Below are positions 14,402 to 27,133 of a stretch of DNA of 64,000 nt, in pieces. The position numbers and the translations under genes were made by a program. Origin of the DNA: Pelagomonas calceolata (Eukaryota); assembly GCA_918797485.1 (NCBI GenBank), contig CAKKNE010000005.1, positions 1,612,001-1,676,000 on the forward strand. The letters are read 5' to 3'. Positions within the stretch are counted from its first letter, which is position 1. Each line of letters starts with the position of its first letter. The notes beneath the pieces are model-generated. The model saw nothing but the letters and a program-made list of their open reading frames with translations. It had not been told where the DNA came from and ran no database searches.

Positions 14402-15363
14402 ATGGCGTCCCCGATGACGAAAAAAGTTTTGTTGATGGGTCGCTCCGGCTCTGGTAAAACATCTATGAGATCAATCATTTTCGCTGACTATATGGCCCGT
14501 GATACAATGCGACTATCCCCAACTATTGATGTAGAATACTCTCACGTGCGTTTTCTGGGAAATCTTCATCTCCATCTGTGGGATTGTGGAGGACAGGTTT
14601 GCACATGTGCTGACAGCATTGGACTGAAATTATCCCGTAGGACGATTTTTACCGCAACTACCTTGAACACATGAGGGATCATATATTTCGATCAGTGGAA
14701 CTTTTGATATATGTATTTGACATAGAAAGTGAAGAGCAAGGAAGCGATTTTTCTCAATTCGCTGATGTAATTGAGGCTGTGGAACAGCATTCACCTGATG
14801 CCCGGGTCTATGTCCTGGTACACAAAATGGATCTTGTGAAAGAGGATGTTCGGAAAGCCGTCTTCTCTGAGAAAGAGGCCAGCATCCTCTCCCAAGCAAG
14901 TGATCACTTGCGTATTCAGTGCTTTCGTACATCTATATGGGATGAGACCTTATACAGAGCCTGGTCTCATATCGTGTACTCTCTAGTTCCTAATACAGCC
15001 CTTCTAGAATCACACTTGAACGAATACTGCACAATCTGTGGTGCAGACGAAGTTGTGTTGTTCGAAAGTACCACCTTTCTTGTGATCGCACACGCAACCT
15101 GCATTCCACATAGTGATACACATCGTTTCGAAAAAATTTCCAACATCATCAAACAGTTCAAGCTGAGTTGTCGGAAGGTTCAGGCGCATTTCGAGGGAAT
15201 GTTGGTTCAACATCATCAGTTGATTGCCCTTTTTGAGAATCTAACGAGAAGCACAGCAATCATGTTTATTTCCTCTGATCCTGATTTGATGCACACTGCA
15301 TTGATTTCTTCTAATGTGGCACAGTTTCGGGCGCAACTAAAGATCTGTGGTCTAATTGGATAA
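14402..15363 (+). CDS. RRAGA: Rag A/B (Gtr1) GTPase; intron 14597-14640
   Basis: [65 protein letters not shown] 44-nt GT-AG intron restores the frame. Confidence 0.96.
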
Positions 15364-16029
15364 CATGTCCGCCTCTGGATTATTGAGCTAGAGAGCTCGG
15401 CTCAACGGAATCTCTACCGGAATGTAACTTGATTGGCTTCAGTAGGCGGGGTAAGGAGCCGCGAAGCAGTGGCTGACGGGCGAGCAGCGATGACTAAGAG
15501 CACCTAGGCTATCATGATTCAAGTTGTCTCCAAATTATTTGGTCACGGCTTTAGGTTCGGCAGCGTGCGGAGTAGTGAGGGTCCTTGGTACTTTTAGCTC
15601 CGGCGCGGAGTGCTTGCATTCGGCTGAGTTACAATAAATAGAGACTCTGATGCATTAGCGTGCTGTGAGGCAGGCGTAAAGCGAAGGGACAACAAGTGCT
15701 GTTAGAAAGCCTGGCGATTCCGCAGCTACAGGATATGCCATTGTGACATTCCCACCCGTCATCAAAATTTCACGTAAACCAGCAAGCTTGCGGATGACTG
15801 GCTATTACGTAGTAGGTTCCAAAGGGGATGGCCAATGCAACTCGCAAATACCGAACCGCAACTCAAATTTTTTTTTGGCCTCAAGTGTTTGTCCAAGCAT
15901 GTCCTGCGGTAGTGATCCTGACAGCCTTTAAAGCCCATACGCTGTATCATGATAGCACTGGCAATTGAGAATAGTCCTCAGGCGCGTTCATGGCCGGCGG
16001 CGAGACTTGAGATTCGAGGGGTCCCCTAA

Positions 16030-16290
16030 TTTGAGATTCGAGTTCCGCAGCCCAGCCAAGAACCCTTTGTATGCCCCGAGACCGAGCTGGGGGCTGGTCT
16101 GGTAATTTGGTCTCCCAGGGGTTTCGGGTACCTATGGCCAGGTACCCGATGGGCTGCTAATCGTTTTTGCTCGCCCGGGCCCGTTTCGGTCACTGGCACG
16201 TCCTAGAGGGGTAAGTGCCCCCCCTATTCTCAATTTGCCGCCGTATCAAACTTCTACTTATAGAGATACGGCAAATTTTGGGTTGGGTGT
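16030..16290 (+). repeat. Dispersed repeat; internally deleted inverted copy of 35125-35570
   Basis: Blocks such as ctaatttgagattcgagttcc, ttggtctcccaggg, ggtacccgatgggctgc and tagagatacggcaaattt match the reverse complement of 35125-35570. Confidence 0.85.
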
Positions 16291-16395
16291 CTGCCCCGGG
16301 CCCCGTCCCGGGCCTCTTTGTATGTTGAGGATGGGTGTCCGCCCCCAGTGTCTGGTAATTCTTTCGAATACTACAAGAGCGAAATGGGCCCATCC

Positions 16396-16538
16396 TCTGT
16401 CGCGTTTAGACCACGCCTTCCGAGCCGCTGAAGCGTCTAGGTACCTTTGCGACGTAAACTTCCGAGTCGGGTTTACTACCCGAATGTCTCAGTACTAGTA
16501 TTTCTCCGAGTCGGAGCGGAGGAGTCGTTGTCTATACT
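16396..16538 (+). repeat. ~130-bp dispersed repeat, second copy at 30071-30186; internal inverted ends AGACCACG...CGTGGTCT
   Basis: Direct alignment by eye: tctgtcgcgtt(t)agaccacgcct.ccgagccgctga ... ggagcggaggagtcgt.gtct.tact. Confidence 0.85.
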
Positions 16539-16843
16539 AGACAGACCCATCCTCCATGGGTCCTAATTAAGATGAATTTTCCTGCTAATCTTAATATCAC
16601 GTATTGCGGAACATCCCTCAAATTGATAGCACATTCAAGTTTTGGCTGGTCGTTGGCGACGTACTGCGCATACTCTGGTTGCCGTCCTTAGCAAAACGCT
16701 GAGCGGGAACTGCCCCCCCCCCACCCCCACCCCCCGCCCACTAATTGATTAATCGAGATTTTAATGGCGTAATGTAATTGTTGTGTCGGGGATATCAACT
16801 TGGCCAATGCAAGTAGAAAGTACAAGCAACTTGAACGAGCTCC

Positions 16844-19800
16844 TTAGCATGTGAACAAATAGTCGAGGTACATGCTATTTGATGTCTTGTTCAAACCTCC
16901 ATTGAGTGATATCTCAACAAGAAGCCGGTGTTTGCATTCCTTGTGAGAATGGGGAGGATTCACCTCACAAGCGACATGAAACAGGTGCAAAATAGGCATG
17001 ACAAACTCAACTACGCCCCTCGTACAAACGGCATCAATAATGTGGGTCTTTGCATGTCTCATCGGAGCTACAGAACTTCTCAAAACGACCTTTACAAGAC
17101 CAGTTTCGAAAAACCCCCGACCAAAAATACTTATATCCACCCCTGCTGCGGCAGCTGGCACATTAGAGGCATCATACTGGGTTGCCTTAATTTCTGTGAC
17201 CTCCGGCGTTCCATAGTATGTGAAACATGTGCTGCAGTGTGCGCCAAAAGTCTGACCGTCCAGTGCTACCTCTACAAGCATATCTAATCGTTCTATTGGA
17301 AGATTGAAATGTGAAGATGCATCACCGTTGGTCGATTTCAAAGCCTCAACTAAAGTATCCGATTTTGAGGAAACCACTATACTGCCGGAATCAATAACTG
17401 GGGTTTCAAATGAAAACTCACCAGCTTTGCTGCATTTTAATGAAACAATTGTTGGCTCAATATGCGCTGACTTGTTGTCTTTGGGGCGAAGTCTAACAAC
17501 GGCTGATGTAAAGGACGTTAATACTGGAGCCGGGGATAAGTAAGGAAAATGCAACGAGAGACGGGTGCCGCCAGTCAAGGGTCCGCACATTGACGAAATC
17601 TCCTTGGTGTCACCTTGACCGATTTGCTTGTACAACACAAGCGACAAACTTTTATTAAGGAAATAAACACCATCCAGTGTAAGTCTCAACATGAATGTCC
17701 AAGTAGTCTGTTCTGCTTGGGCAATGTCATGGTCAGTCACAATATCTGAGCAGTCGTGACCCCGAATGCACTGCGAAATTTCAGCTAATGATGGTGGAGT
17801 AAAGGCAAGGGTGTTCTTATTCACATACCGAGGGCGGCAAAAATATCCTCGTTGACTGTTGCCCTGGAGAGTTAGATTAACCGACATTTTGTTGGAATCA
17901 AAGAATGATTGTCCCAAAATGCTAACTGCATCGGGGGTTGTGGATGGATGTAATGGCCGGCAATCTGGGGCGAGACTCAGTATTGTCGCGTTGTGTAAAA
18001 TAAATGTCGTCTTTAGCAAGGTAACAAAATCACTTCCATTTAAGGCCACGGCCACCCGGGCTTGGATTGGAAAATTGCCCTCACAAATGCAAGGACTTTT
18101 GCAACGTATTGCAGTGTCAAGTGGATCATTCTTGTCGCACAGTGCTGTCAATTTCGCCGGAACAATCCATTCACGATGCTGACCTCCCAGTTCTTTGAAT
18201 CGCACCTTGATTTCGTTTGTTTCAAGAAGGGACTTGCCAATGATAATAACGTCATGAGCATCAGTGGAACTACAACAGACCGGCTTAATTGCGGCAAGAG
18301 TTGGATTATCGTAGAGACGAATGCAGACGCGGCTTGTGGTGAAGTCTTTGCCATTCATGGCAACCTCAGCAAAAACAAACCGCGTTGTAGTAAATCGGGG
18401 CATTCTACAAAGAATGCCCGTTTTGCCGGCACCGATACGTGCGCCCTTTGGGGTCACATATTTACCAATTGAGGACCTTGGGCGGGTCTCCAATGCCAAG
18501 GTCCCCTCATCTAGGGGAGTGAACCTCACAACACAGCCAGATGATTTCCAAAATCCACCACCCCACAACAAAACCTTAGTTCCTCCAATGGTTGGTACGG
18601 AAGCTGGTTCTGCATAATTTACTGAGGATGGGACAAAGGCAAAACCACCAGTTTCAGTCAAAGTGGCACTTGAAACATATCGTTCACGCAAACCAGGGAC
18701 TGAGCGAGGACAGTGGACGTGCTCTGTGTTGAGGCCTTTTTCTAGAAAGTGACCCAGTCGTCTTGCTTCTCCCGAACCCCAGGTAAACAGCATGCCATCT
18801 TCTGCTCTAACTGCTGCAGAGGAGTTCGCTGCAGCATTAGCAAATGCCACTGAACCAGGGAAATGTACAACACGGCGAGGTGAGATTGTGTATGTGGATA
18901 TGACCGATTTCGAGTTCTGACCCGATACACACAGACCCAATCCAAGTTGGCCAAATCGATTGAATCCCCACCTAAATTTCCCCATGTCTACACGAAATGC
19001 CATATAAGCTATATCACACGGCAGTAGACGAGAATAGCTTGCAGTTGGAATCAAACGCAAGTACATGAGCCCAACCACAGGTCACAAATTCGCACTTAGA
19101 CGCATCGTCAGGCCAGCACACACGCGCTGGTGTGGGTTGCTTGGCGATGCGAAGTCCCACGCCAAGCTCACCACAGCGTCCTTCTCCCCACGCCCAGGGT
19201 ACGCCTCTTCTTGTTAAGATAATCGTGAAATTTGGTCCACACGCTGTGAACTTCGCTGGTTCGTGTTGCTGCGATGGAATTACAACAAGTTTTGGTAACA
19301 GTTGAATTTCAGCGCGTTGAGCCTACACGTGATCTGTGGTTACAGACAATCCAACAGGCAAATTTGGTCACGTGAGGATCAGATTTGTTGCAATGATTGT
19401 CATCTGTGAATCGGTGCCCGGTTTGCCCCTCACAACCTCGGCCCCAGGTGTAGACATCCCCAGTCAACGTCACAGCGACCGAGTGACGAGATCCGCAGCT
19501 AAGCGAGATGACCCGGTGCTGACTGAGAAAACTCACCTCAACCCAACTTTTACTCGCGTCCTCCACTCGCTTTGTCGCACCAAGCCCGAGTTGTCCACTT
19601 CCCCCTATGGATGTATGCAAACCTATATATAGCTGGATGACGCACCAGATCCCTGCGTCCATATGGATCCCTTGTCGTCGACTGCAAGCGAATGAGTCTC
19701 TCCAAACGAGACACACTTAATATGAGCTAAAACATCATTATGAGCAGTGCTTCCCTCCCCGTCTAGGCTGATTACGCGTCCCTATAATTCAACTGATTAT

Positions 19801-19972
19801 GCCCCCACCCCCCGCCTAAGCGCACCTCACTGAGCACACATGCTTGGCGGTAGTTCCCATGCAGCGCATCGACTTTTATATCTTTAAAATCGTGTAGGAC
19901 TTGTATTGTGTGTTTCTTGCACCCCCAAGCAAAGAGTTCGCCTGCCTTTGAATCTGAACTCAGCTTATCCAT
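16844..19972 (-). CDS. RCC1-repeat + IPT/TIG (Ig-like) domain protein, multi-exon at the 5' end (exact junctions not resolved)
   Basis: RCC1 motifs (GQLGLG, SCGSRHSVAVTLTGDVYTWGRGCEGQTG, LFTWGSGEARRLG) followed by IPT-like repeats (P.S.P..GGT.V...G.GF; VEVA.NG.DF). Confidence 0.75.
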
Positions 19973-20837
19973 GCGCTGCGATTCAATGCAAGATACAAAC
20001 TTATCTAAACTTGTATCTCGAACTTGTATCTCGATGCCGACTACTCCAAATCGGCCGAATAGGCATCCCTTGGAACAACACGCCCCCCCCCGTTTCTTAG
20101 GCCACACAAGGCTCATACTGCGTCTACCAGCAGGCTTGGCCGGCGGGGGTCCTGAGTTCTAGTGATAGTCACGGTACCCCGGCCGAGGTCACGGTAGCCT
20201 GAGGGGTTCGCGAACTTGAAAGTCACTGGCACGCTAGTTTGCTGCTATGTACCACGCAATGCATGCGGCCAAGAACAAGCTGCCTGAAGGTCGAGGCCGC
20301 CCGGGAAGGTACTCAAGCCAGTCGAACGCGCGGGGACAGCTATCTCTACCGATTCCGAGTCCGTCAATCATTTGAACATGTGCAGCGTACAAGCTCGTGA
20401 CGCCCCGAGCGCTCGTATTATGTGTCGCAGTCGATTAAAAGTACCCGAGCAGTCGATTATGTGTCGCACTGGCAGTCGAGAAGGGCCTCGAGGCGCAGGC
20501 CGCGCTCAGGCTGGTACGATCAGTACTGCGAAGGGGTACCCGTGGACATGAACCATTTTTTAGACTGTATCTCGAGCTAGCCTTATCGTTCGCTCCGGGT
20601 CCGGGGAAGCGCCCCAGACCAGACTCGGAAAAGCCGTTCGCCTTGCTTACTTTGACGCGCGACCTAGATCGCGACCCCATAGCCGGCTCTAGGCGGTGTA
20701 CGGTGGGCTGCCGCCCGAGAGACGAGGCAGCACGAGAGCACCAGCGCCAAAACCCGAGATCCCGCACCAGATGAAAATTGCCAGTCATTTGGAATTTTTT
20801 AACTTTTCAAGTTCAACCAATTAGTAAAGGGGCGGCT

Positions 20838-21710
20838 GGCACCCAAATTGGTAAAATTTTCAATTGATAGCCCGAAAGTCCTAAGCACACAGCGACACTA
20901 GCCTGCCACGGAGGTGCCCCCTCGCTTTTTCAGGGGCCATAGTAGTCACGGTATATGAATTAGAGCCCATTTTGCATCAAAACGGACGCTCACGGGAAAA
21001 CCCGTTCGCTAACCGTTTGGATGCCAAATGAGCTCTAATTCAATTATATTACGACCGAAATCCATGGTTCTGGGTGGCCGATTTTGGGGGTCTAATGATT
21101 TCTAGTATATTTCATGACTAGGGGGGTATTTCGAATATATAGTCGAGTTAGACCGGGCCCGCCACGTCATCAAAACGGTTCACTGCGTTCACCGTTTAGA
21201 CGCGTGGCGAGTCTAACCACGTAATCATATTAGATTACGCTTATATTATAATTTTCACGACAGATTCAATAGTATATTTAAACCTTCGATAATTTTACAC
21301 GCACAAGATCTTATAATCATTCCGCCAAGATTCCGATTAAACTTCAATAAGATCTTGGAGTTCATCAAGGGGACAGATTTGATGATGATGACACTTTGGC
21401 CATAAAATTCATCACATCCTACATCCGAGTCAACTTCAAGAAACTGTTGATATTGTATTCAGAAATCCCGATTTCTTAATTATACTTCAACATTCTCTTG
21501 TGATTCCGTTGGCTGACAGATTTGATGATGATGACACTTTGCAGTGGTGGTAAAATTGGTATCAACTTGCACAAATCCTTAATATCCACAATTCGCCACG
21601 CGTGGGGGCCCTTCCGCCCCCTTGCTTTTTGCCCCACACTCCGCCAGTATGTGAGGTACCCCCTAAGGCCCATTCGCAGTAAGCTGCGACGCTCGGGCCA
21701 GCCTAGTTGA
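20838..21710 (+). mobile_element. Repeat homologous to 30196-30650, interrupted by an AT-rich insert (about 20930-21595)
   Basis: The left block ccaaattggt..attttcaattgatagcccgaa..ctaagc.cacagcgacactagc and the right block cgcgtgggggcccttccg.ccc..cgcagtaagct are shared with 30196-30650. Confidence 0.7.
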
Positions 21711-21821
21711 GTGCTGTCCCCCCTTAGTAGTACTACTACTACTACAAGTAGTAAAAATGTTTGCACCGGAAGCAACTAGTAGTGTCTCTGCGTAATTTGC
21801 AAGTGCAGTATATATTACAAG

Positions 21822-24800
21822 CTAGAATTGCAAGCTGCCTCCTTGTTTCAGGGGGATGTCCGACTCCCCGTCAATATCTAAAGTTTTCTCGAGGCTAAGG
21901 AGAAGGGCAGTAGTGGCTCGGGTTAGACCAACAGTGGGACGGAGGACTACGACAGGCACCACCGTTACAAGTTGATGGGGCGACGATCGAGATAAGGCAG
22001 CAACACATGCTTGATGTGCATCTTCTAACCCGTTGACAATTGCATTGCGCGCATCTTCAAAGTGATGAGCACGTACATCATTTGTGGTCCCACGAGCATT
22101 CCAGGCAAGAGAGGAGCTACTATCGTGGCCATCAAGTCTGTTGGCTATATCATTGAGGGCAGTAGTAAGATGTGAGACAAGAGATCGGCCCACGCGAACA
22201 GACTCGCACACAAGAACTCGGCTACATTTGGCTAACTCGTGCCTGAACACAGGCCACTGGTGAGGCCGAGTTTTGATCACGAGCGTGTGGTGAATTGCGC
22301 GAGATATTGACCTGCCGATGACATGGATTGGACGAATGATGGAAGCGCCTTGGATAAATCTGTAAAATTGTTCACTAGACAGCTCATGCGACCAAACACG
22401 CCAAAGACGGTGCAATGCAGATGCCAGTGCATTTGAGACTATACGGCAGGGCCTTGTTGTGACCTCGACTCGCTCGAGAGTGAACATCTGGAACATATCA
22501 TCTAGGGAGTCAGAGCACAGCCGCGTCACACTTATCTGCCTAGGGCTGTAGTCGAGCTTCAGGGAGAGTGGTGCTACGTCAAGAACAAGATGACACTCAT
22601 GTTTTGCTGGCCGTGGCTCCAGGCACGGAAACCTGACCAATGGGGACCCATCTTTACTCTGAAACTTCACCTCACTAAAAACACTAGTGAGGAAATTGAT
22701 AACTTCGGCATCTAGACAACACCGAAGCGGCAGTAGTTTCACCTTGATTGCTGTAGTTGGCCCATCAATTAATGCACGAAAGTGCAAGAGTGCTTCACCA
22801 GTCTCACGTGGATGTGCATCGTGTGATTGCCAATGTCCTAGCATACGCTTTAGCGCCTGTTCTCGAGGTGATGACAGTGATTCGGAGACAGAAAAATCGC
22901 CCACACGCACATCGCATCCTGTCTGAAGGCTAGTGGAAGTAGAAGTACAAAATTTACTACACAACAAGACGACCTCTAGTAATTTATTGACGTTTCTCTG
23001 GTCCTGGATATGTATCGAATTGCATTTTAGGTTTCGCGGTCGCCCTCTCTGCACTTTACCCCAGTCACAACCAGCAAAGAGGCCGAGGTGAATTTCCCTT
23101 ACTTGTACACAAACGCATAGAATCTCCGAACACAGCATCCCAATCCTCAATTTACTCTTCAAATTGGGCTCTGACACATGATCTTGAAGCATCTCGGGAT
23201 ACACGCCATCATACCAGACTGCCGTGCTATTCGGTAGAGGTGGACTCTGTTCCCCCATGACTTTTGCTGTTACGTACTGTGATTTGTTGTCATCTTGCGA
23301 CGACGCGTTCTCGCCTACTGTCACAGTTCCTTCCAATCTGCCACCAACTGCAGTCCATTCTACAACTTCTTCCTTGACAGCAAAGAATAGGTGAATGAGC
23401 GTCTGTAGAGAATCAGAGCAACAATATATACGAGCCGTGTCACCATTCAGGTACAAATGGATGTTTCTAGCTTTCAAGCTATCAGCGGCCACTACGACGT
23501 CAATCACGTCTATAGTTGCAGCCTGTACATAATTACAGCGCTCTGCCTCATTCTCAATTTCTACTCCAGCATGTTTATTCTTCAACAAAATCATTGTGTC
23601 CCTCATTAAACCAGAAGCAAAAGAGGTTAACTTGCCAACAACGGACATTGAGCAAAATTGCAGGACAGCGACAGTCAACACAGCACGAAGGTCATGAAAT
23701 GAGACTGCACGAGGTATGTATTCTAAGGTGGTGTCAAGGAAAACAATGAACCATTTTGTGACTACAGAACTGGAAGGGGTGCCAAACCTGAGGCGGGTTG
23801 CATCAAAAAGCACACTGATGCGACGGTGTGGTACCAATAAGCGGCATGCCGCCCCGTGTATGGACAATGATACTGTCCCTTCCGGGGCGTATTCACCAAC
23901 AATGAGCCCCTGGTGTACCATGTTTTGGTCAGTCTGAGTTGGGCTCTTTGAGCGCCGCTTGCATACCACCACTTGATTGTCGTAAACTATGCGTGCATCC
24001 ACTACCTTAAAATATGCGGCTTGGTTGTCTGTTGTGATTGCGATCCCTCGCATTGTCACCAGGAGGGTGTTGGGAGGCCCTTGTTGCCAGTCTATGGCAT
24101 CCCACCGTTCTTCTTCAGTGTCTTCTAGGAGACACATTGCAAGAGAGCCCAAAATCAAGTCAAAGCTGACAATGGCGGAGTCACAGTCATCCAAGTTACC
24201 CACAAATTTGCGGGTAGTGGACGCTGTGACAGCAATAGTATCACAAGAGACAAGGCAGCAAAAGCTGGGGATATAAATAACATAGTGTGTCTTCATGATT
24301 GATTCGTGTTCCGGGCTTTTGCTATGCCCTTGGCGTGATAGACAGCTGCCATGTTCACGATTATTTTTGTTTCTATAAGCAGCCAACGCTGGGCGTGATA
24401 AAGGAGGACATGACTCAATCGATTGGACTTCAATGCGGCATAAATGGGTGTTAGTTGCGTCAATACTGGCAATACAATTCTGATTAATCCACAGGGAGCC
24501 TTCCTTGAGCTCAGCAGCCCAGAGGGACGAGGCATGCGAGGAGGAATGCGAGACTATCGACAAATTCGTCTTCCTGAGGGAGGCAGTTAGGTGCCACATG
24601 CCATCTACAGTGCGCAATATCCAGGCAACTCGCATTGAAGCTATGCTGACGACAGCTCGACATGAAACCGGAGTGGCGTTGATCATGTCATGAGCATCAC
24701 CAGGCCACAGTGTGTCAAGCAAATTTAAGCACCTAGCTCTCCAGCGAGCAAAGATTGTCGCATCAGAGCTCAAGAATGCGCATCTCAACATGCTTGCTGT

Positions 24801-26126
24801 CCACTCTTTGACATCTACAGCTAGTTCAATACACAGACTTAAGCTGATGAGCATCCCGTGCGCAGCTCGAGCTCTCAAGTTGACACTGGCGGCTTTTCCA
24901 ACAAATGACAAAGAGGTGCCGACGAAACGCAGTTTAAAAAGACCCAGGGTCGCTGTTTCGGCGTTATCGTTTATTATGACTTTGACGTTGCCCAAAATTG
25001 TCACGCGTACAGTAGTCTGCCTAAGCTTCGGGATCTTCAGCTGAGGCGGCTGGCATTTGCAGAAAGAACCATCGCATTCAAAAACACTACTTGCATTCTT
25101 GGTGCTTGTACCAGTCAACGAGCGATACATTGTGCTTTGAATCACTTTTCGAGTGTCCTTCCCAGAGCAAGTAACATCGGAATGACGTGTATTGATTACT
25201 CCTCTACTTTGATAAGCATGTTGGTTTTGACCTTGGGAGGTATGGAGCAGAGTCCCAAATGACATGTCGGCAACCAGTGGTGCACGAAAGCTTGGCGACG
25301 TGATATGGATGTCAATGTCAAAAGACTCTGCCAATTCACGAATCATAGCGTGCCCACTTTCGAGTTCAGAGAGGCCAACATCATTGCCGACTGATACTGA
25401 GAGCCGACCCCAGCTCAGCGCAGATCTTCTGCTTTCAGTGCACGTGTGGAGCTTAAGCTCTGCCAGTTTGAAGCGCAATATAGGTATTTTGGAATTTTCT
25501 ATTGCCACCGTTATGCCTGATACATCCACCAAGGTTCGCTGCGCCCCCTGCATAACCCATCGCACCAGGGCATTCTGCAAGTTAGCAGCCACACAGCATA
25601 CGTCCCTGCTGGCTACGCCTTTGGATTTGGAGGCATCCATCTTGCGAGCCCCCCCAGGTCCAATCCTGCACGGACTCAGAATCAGTTGAAAGCTACCAAT
25701 GAAACACCGGTCCGACGTAGATGCTTCCACATGAACACCTTTGAGTCTGAGTACACAGCCATCTCGATGCATCGATATTAAGCTTGTGGCAACAAGTTCC
25801 TGCAATGATACTACGTGCAACAATCTCCGCAGCTAAATCACTAGACTCTGCATGCCGCACAACGTGCAACACCACGCAATTTGTGATCGTCCAGCCAGGC
25901 CTAGGACAGGTACAACGCTACTCGTAAATCTGACTTTGTACATTGCATCTCACTGTAATAAGAGCGCGCCCACCGCCTTTTCATCCAGTGCTACATTATT
26001 GCATGTTACAATTCCGTCATGGACGTCAATCTCCTGAAGTTTTTTCTTTAGCACGCGGCCAAGGAGACGATTTAAGATGAGCTGAAAGAGAAAAGATGTT
26101 ACTCTAGATTTTACTTGTGAGAGCAT
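21822..26126 (-). CDS. ATG2: Autophagy lipid-transfer protein ATG2-like (5' exons approximate)
   Basis: Chorein_N-like start (LILNRLLGRVLK..IDVHDGIVTCNNVALD), KVKLLPLRCCLDAEVINFL, LKLDYSPRQIS and the C-terminal VPVVVLRPTVGLTRATTALLLSL resemble ATG2 conserved blocks. Confidence 0.75.
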
Positions 26127-27133
26127 TTTCTTCCCCACATAGTATGATACCGTAGGTATCGAAGTACCGTACCGTAGGTACCTACCTACGGTACGGTACG
26201 GCAGGTACTGTACCGTAGGTAGGTACCAGCTTGTACCAACTACGGGGGTAGTACTACAGTATGGATCACGGTATGTACCTACGGGTAGCTATGCAGGAAC
26301 CCATAATTCCAAGGCCTGGATCTCAGACATCCACATCATGATGAGGCCGCACTGCGGCAGGCACTTTCTACTAACTATGGACTGCCACTGGGCCCAGGCC
26401 CGGGCCAGTGAGGGGTAGCTTCAACTTGAAGTTGTAGTAAATTCAAGTTCAAGTTGCGCGCTCCTACCGTGACCGTGACTCGTGACGAGGCCACTTACAC
26501 AACCATGGGCCATCATGATGATGACGCACTGGCACATAGTACTAGTAGACGAGCGTACTAGATGCCGGCGCGGCTACCAGCGGGCGTCAGAGTGCATCAT
26601 CGACGTTTGATAGCCCGACGGCGGTGTAGGTTGGCGACATTTGTCGTTTACACAAAGAGGCACCATGTGCCTGAGAAATTTTCTCAACGCTGGCTTCCAG
26701 CACCATAGGGTCTATTATGGCACCAAACACAACCCAGGTTATTCCTGGGCTGCCCTTTGGGCTGGGACACCTCCGTGAGTGTACCAAATTCTAACGCGAG
26801 GCTAGAAGCCAGCTAGCAGTTACCCTGGTTACTGTACTAGCCTTAGGCTCCCCTCGGATTCTCCGGCCAACCACAAAGCCAAATTGGCTGTGGTTTGTGT
26901 CGGTCCTCAGATTTATTTAGCCCGCCCTCCCGGGCCCTCCCTGTTTGATGGGGCCCGGGGAGATCTACTACCTGTCCCCGGGGTTGGTTGGCCCGATGGG
27001 CGGCAACTGAGCAAAGAGTAAATTCCCAACTATTAGTCTGCTGCTACTCCACTAGCCACTAAGGAAACTAGGGTAAGCTGAATACCCTATATATTGTACA
27101 AGCTGGTAGATAAGGGGACGTACACTTGCCATC

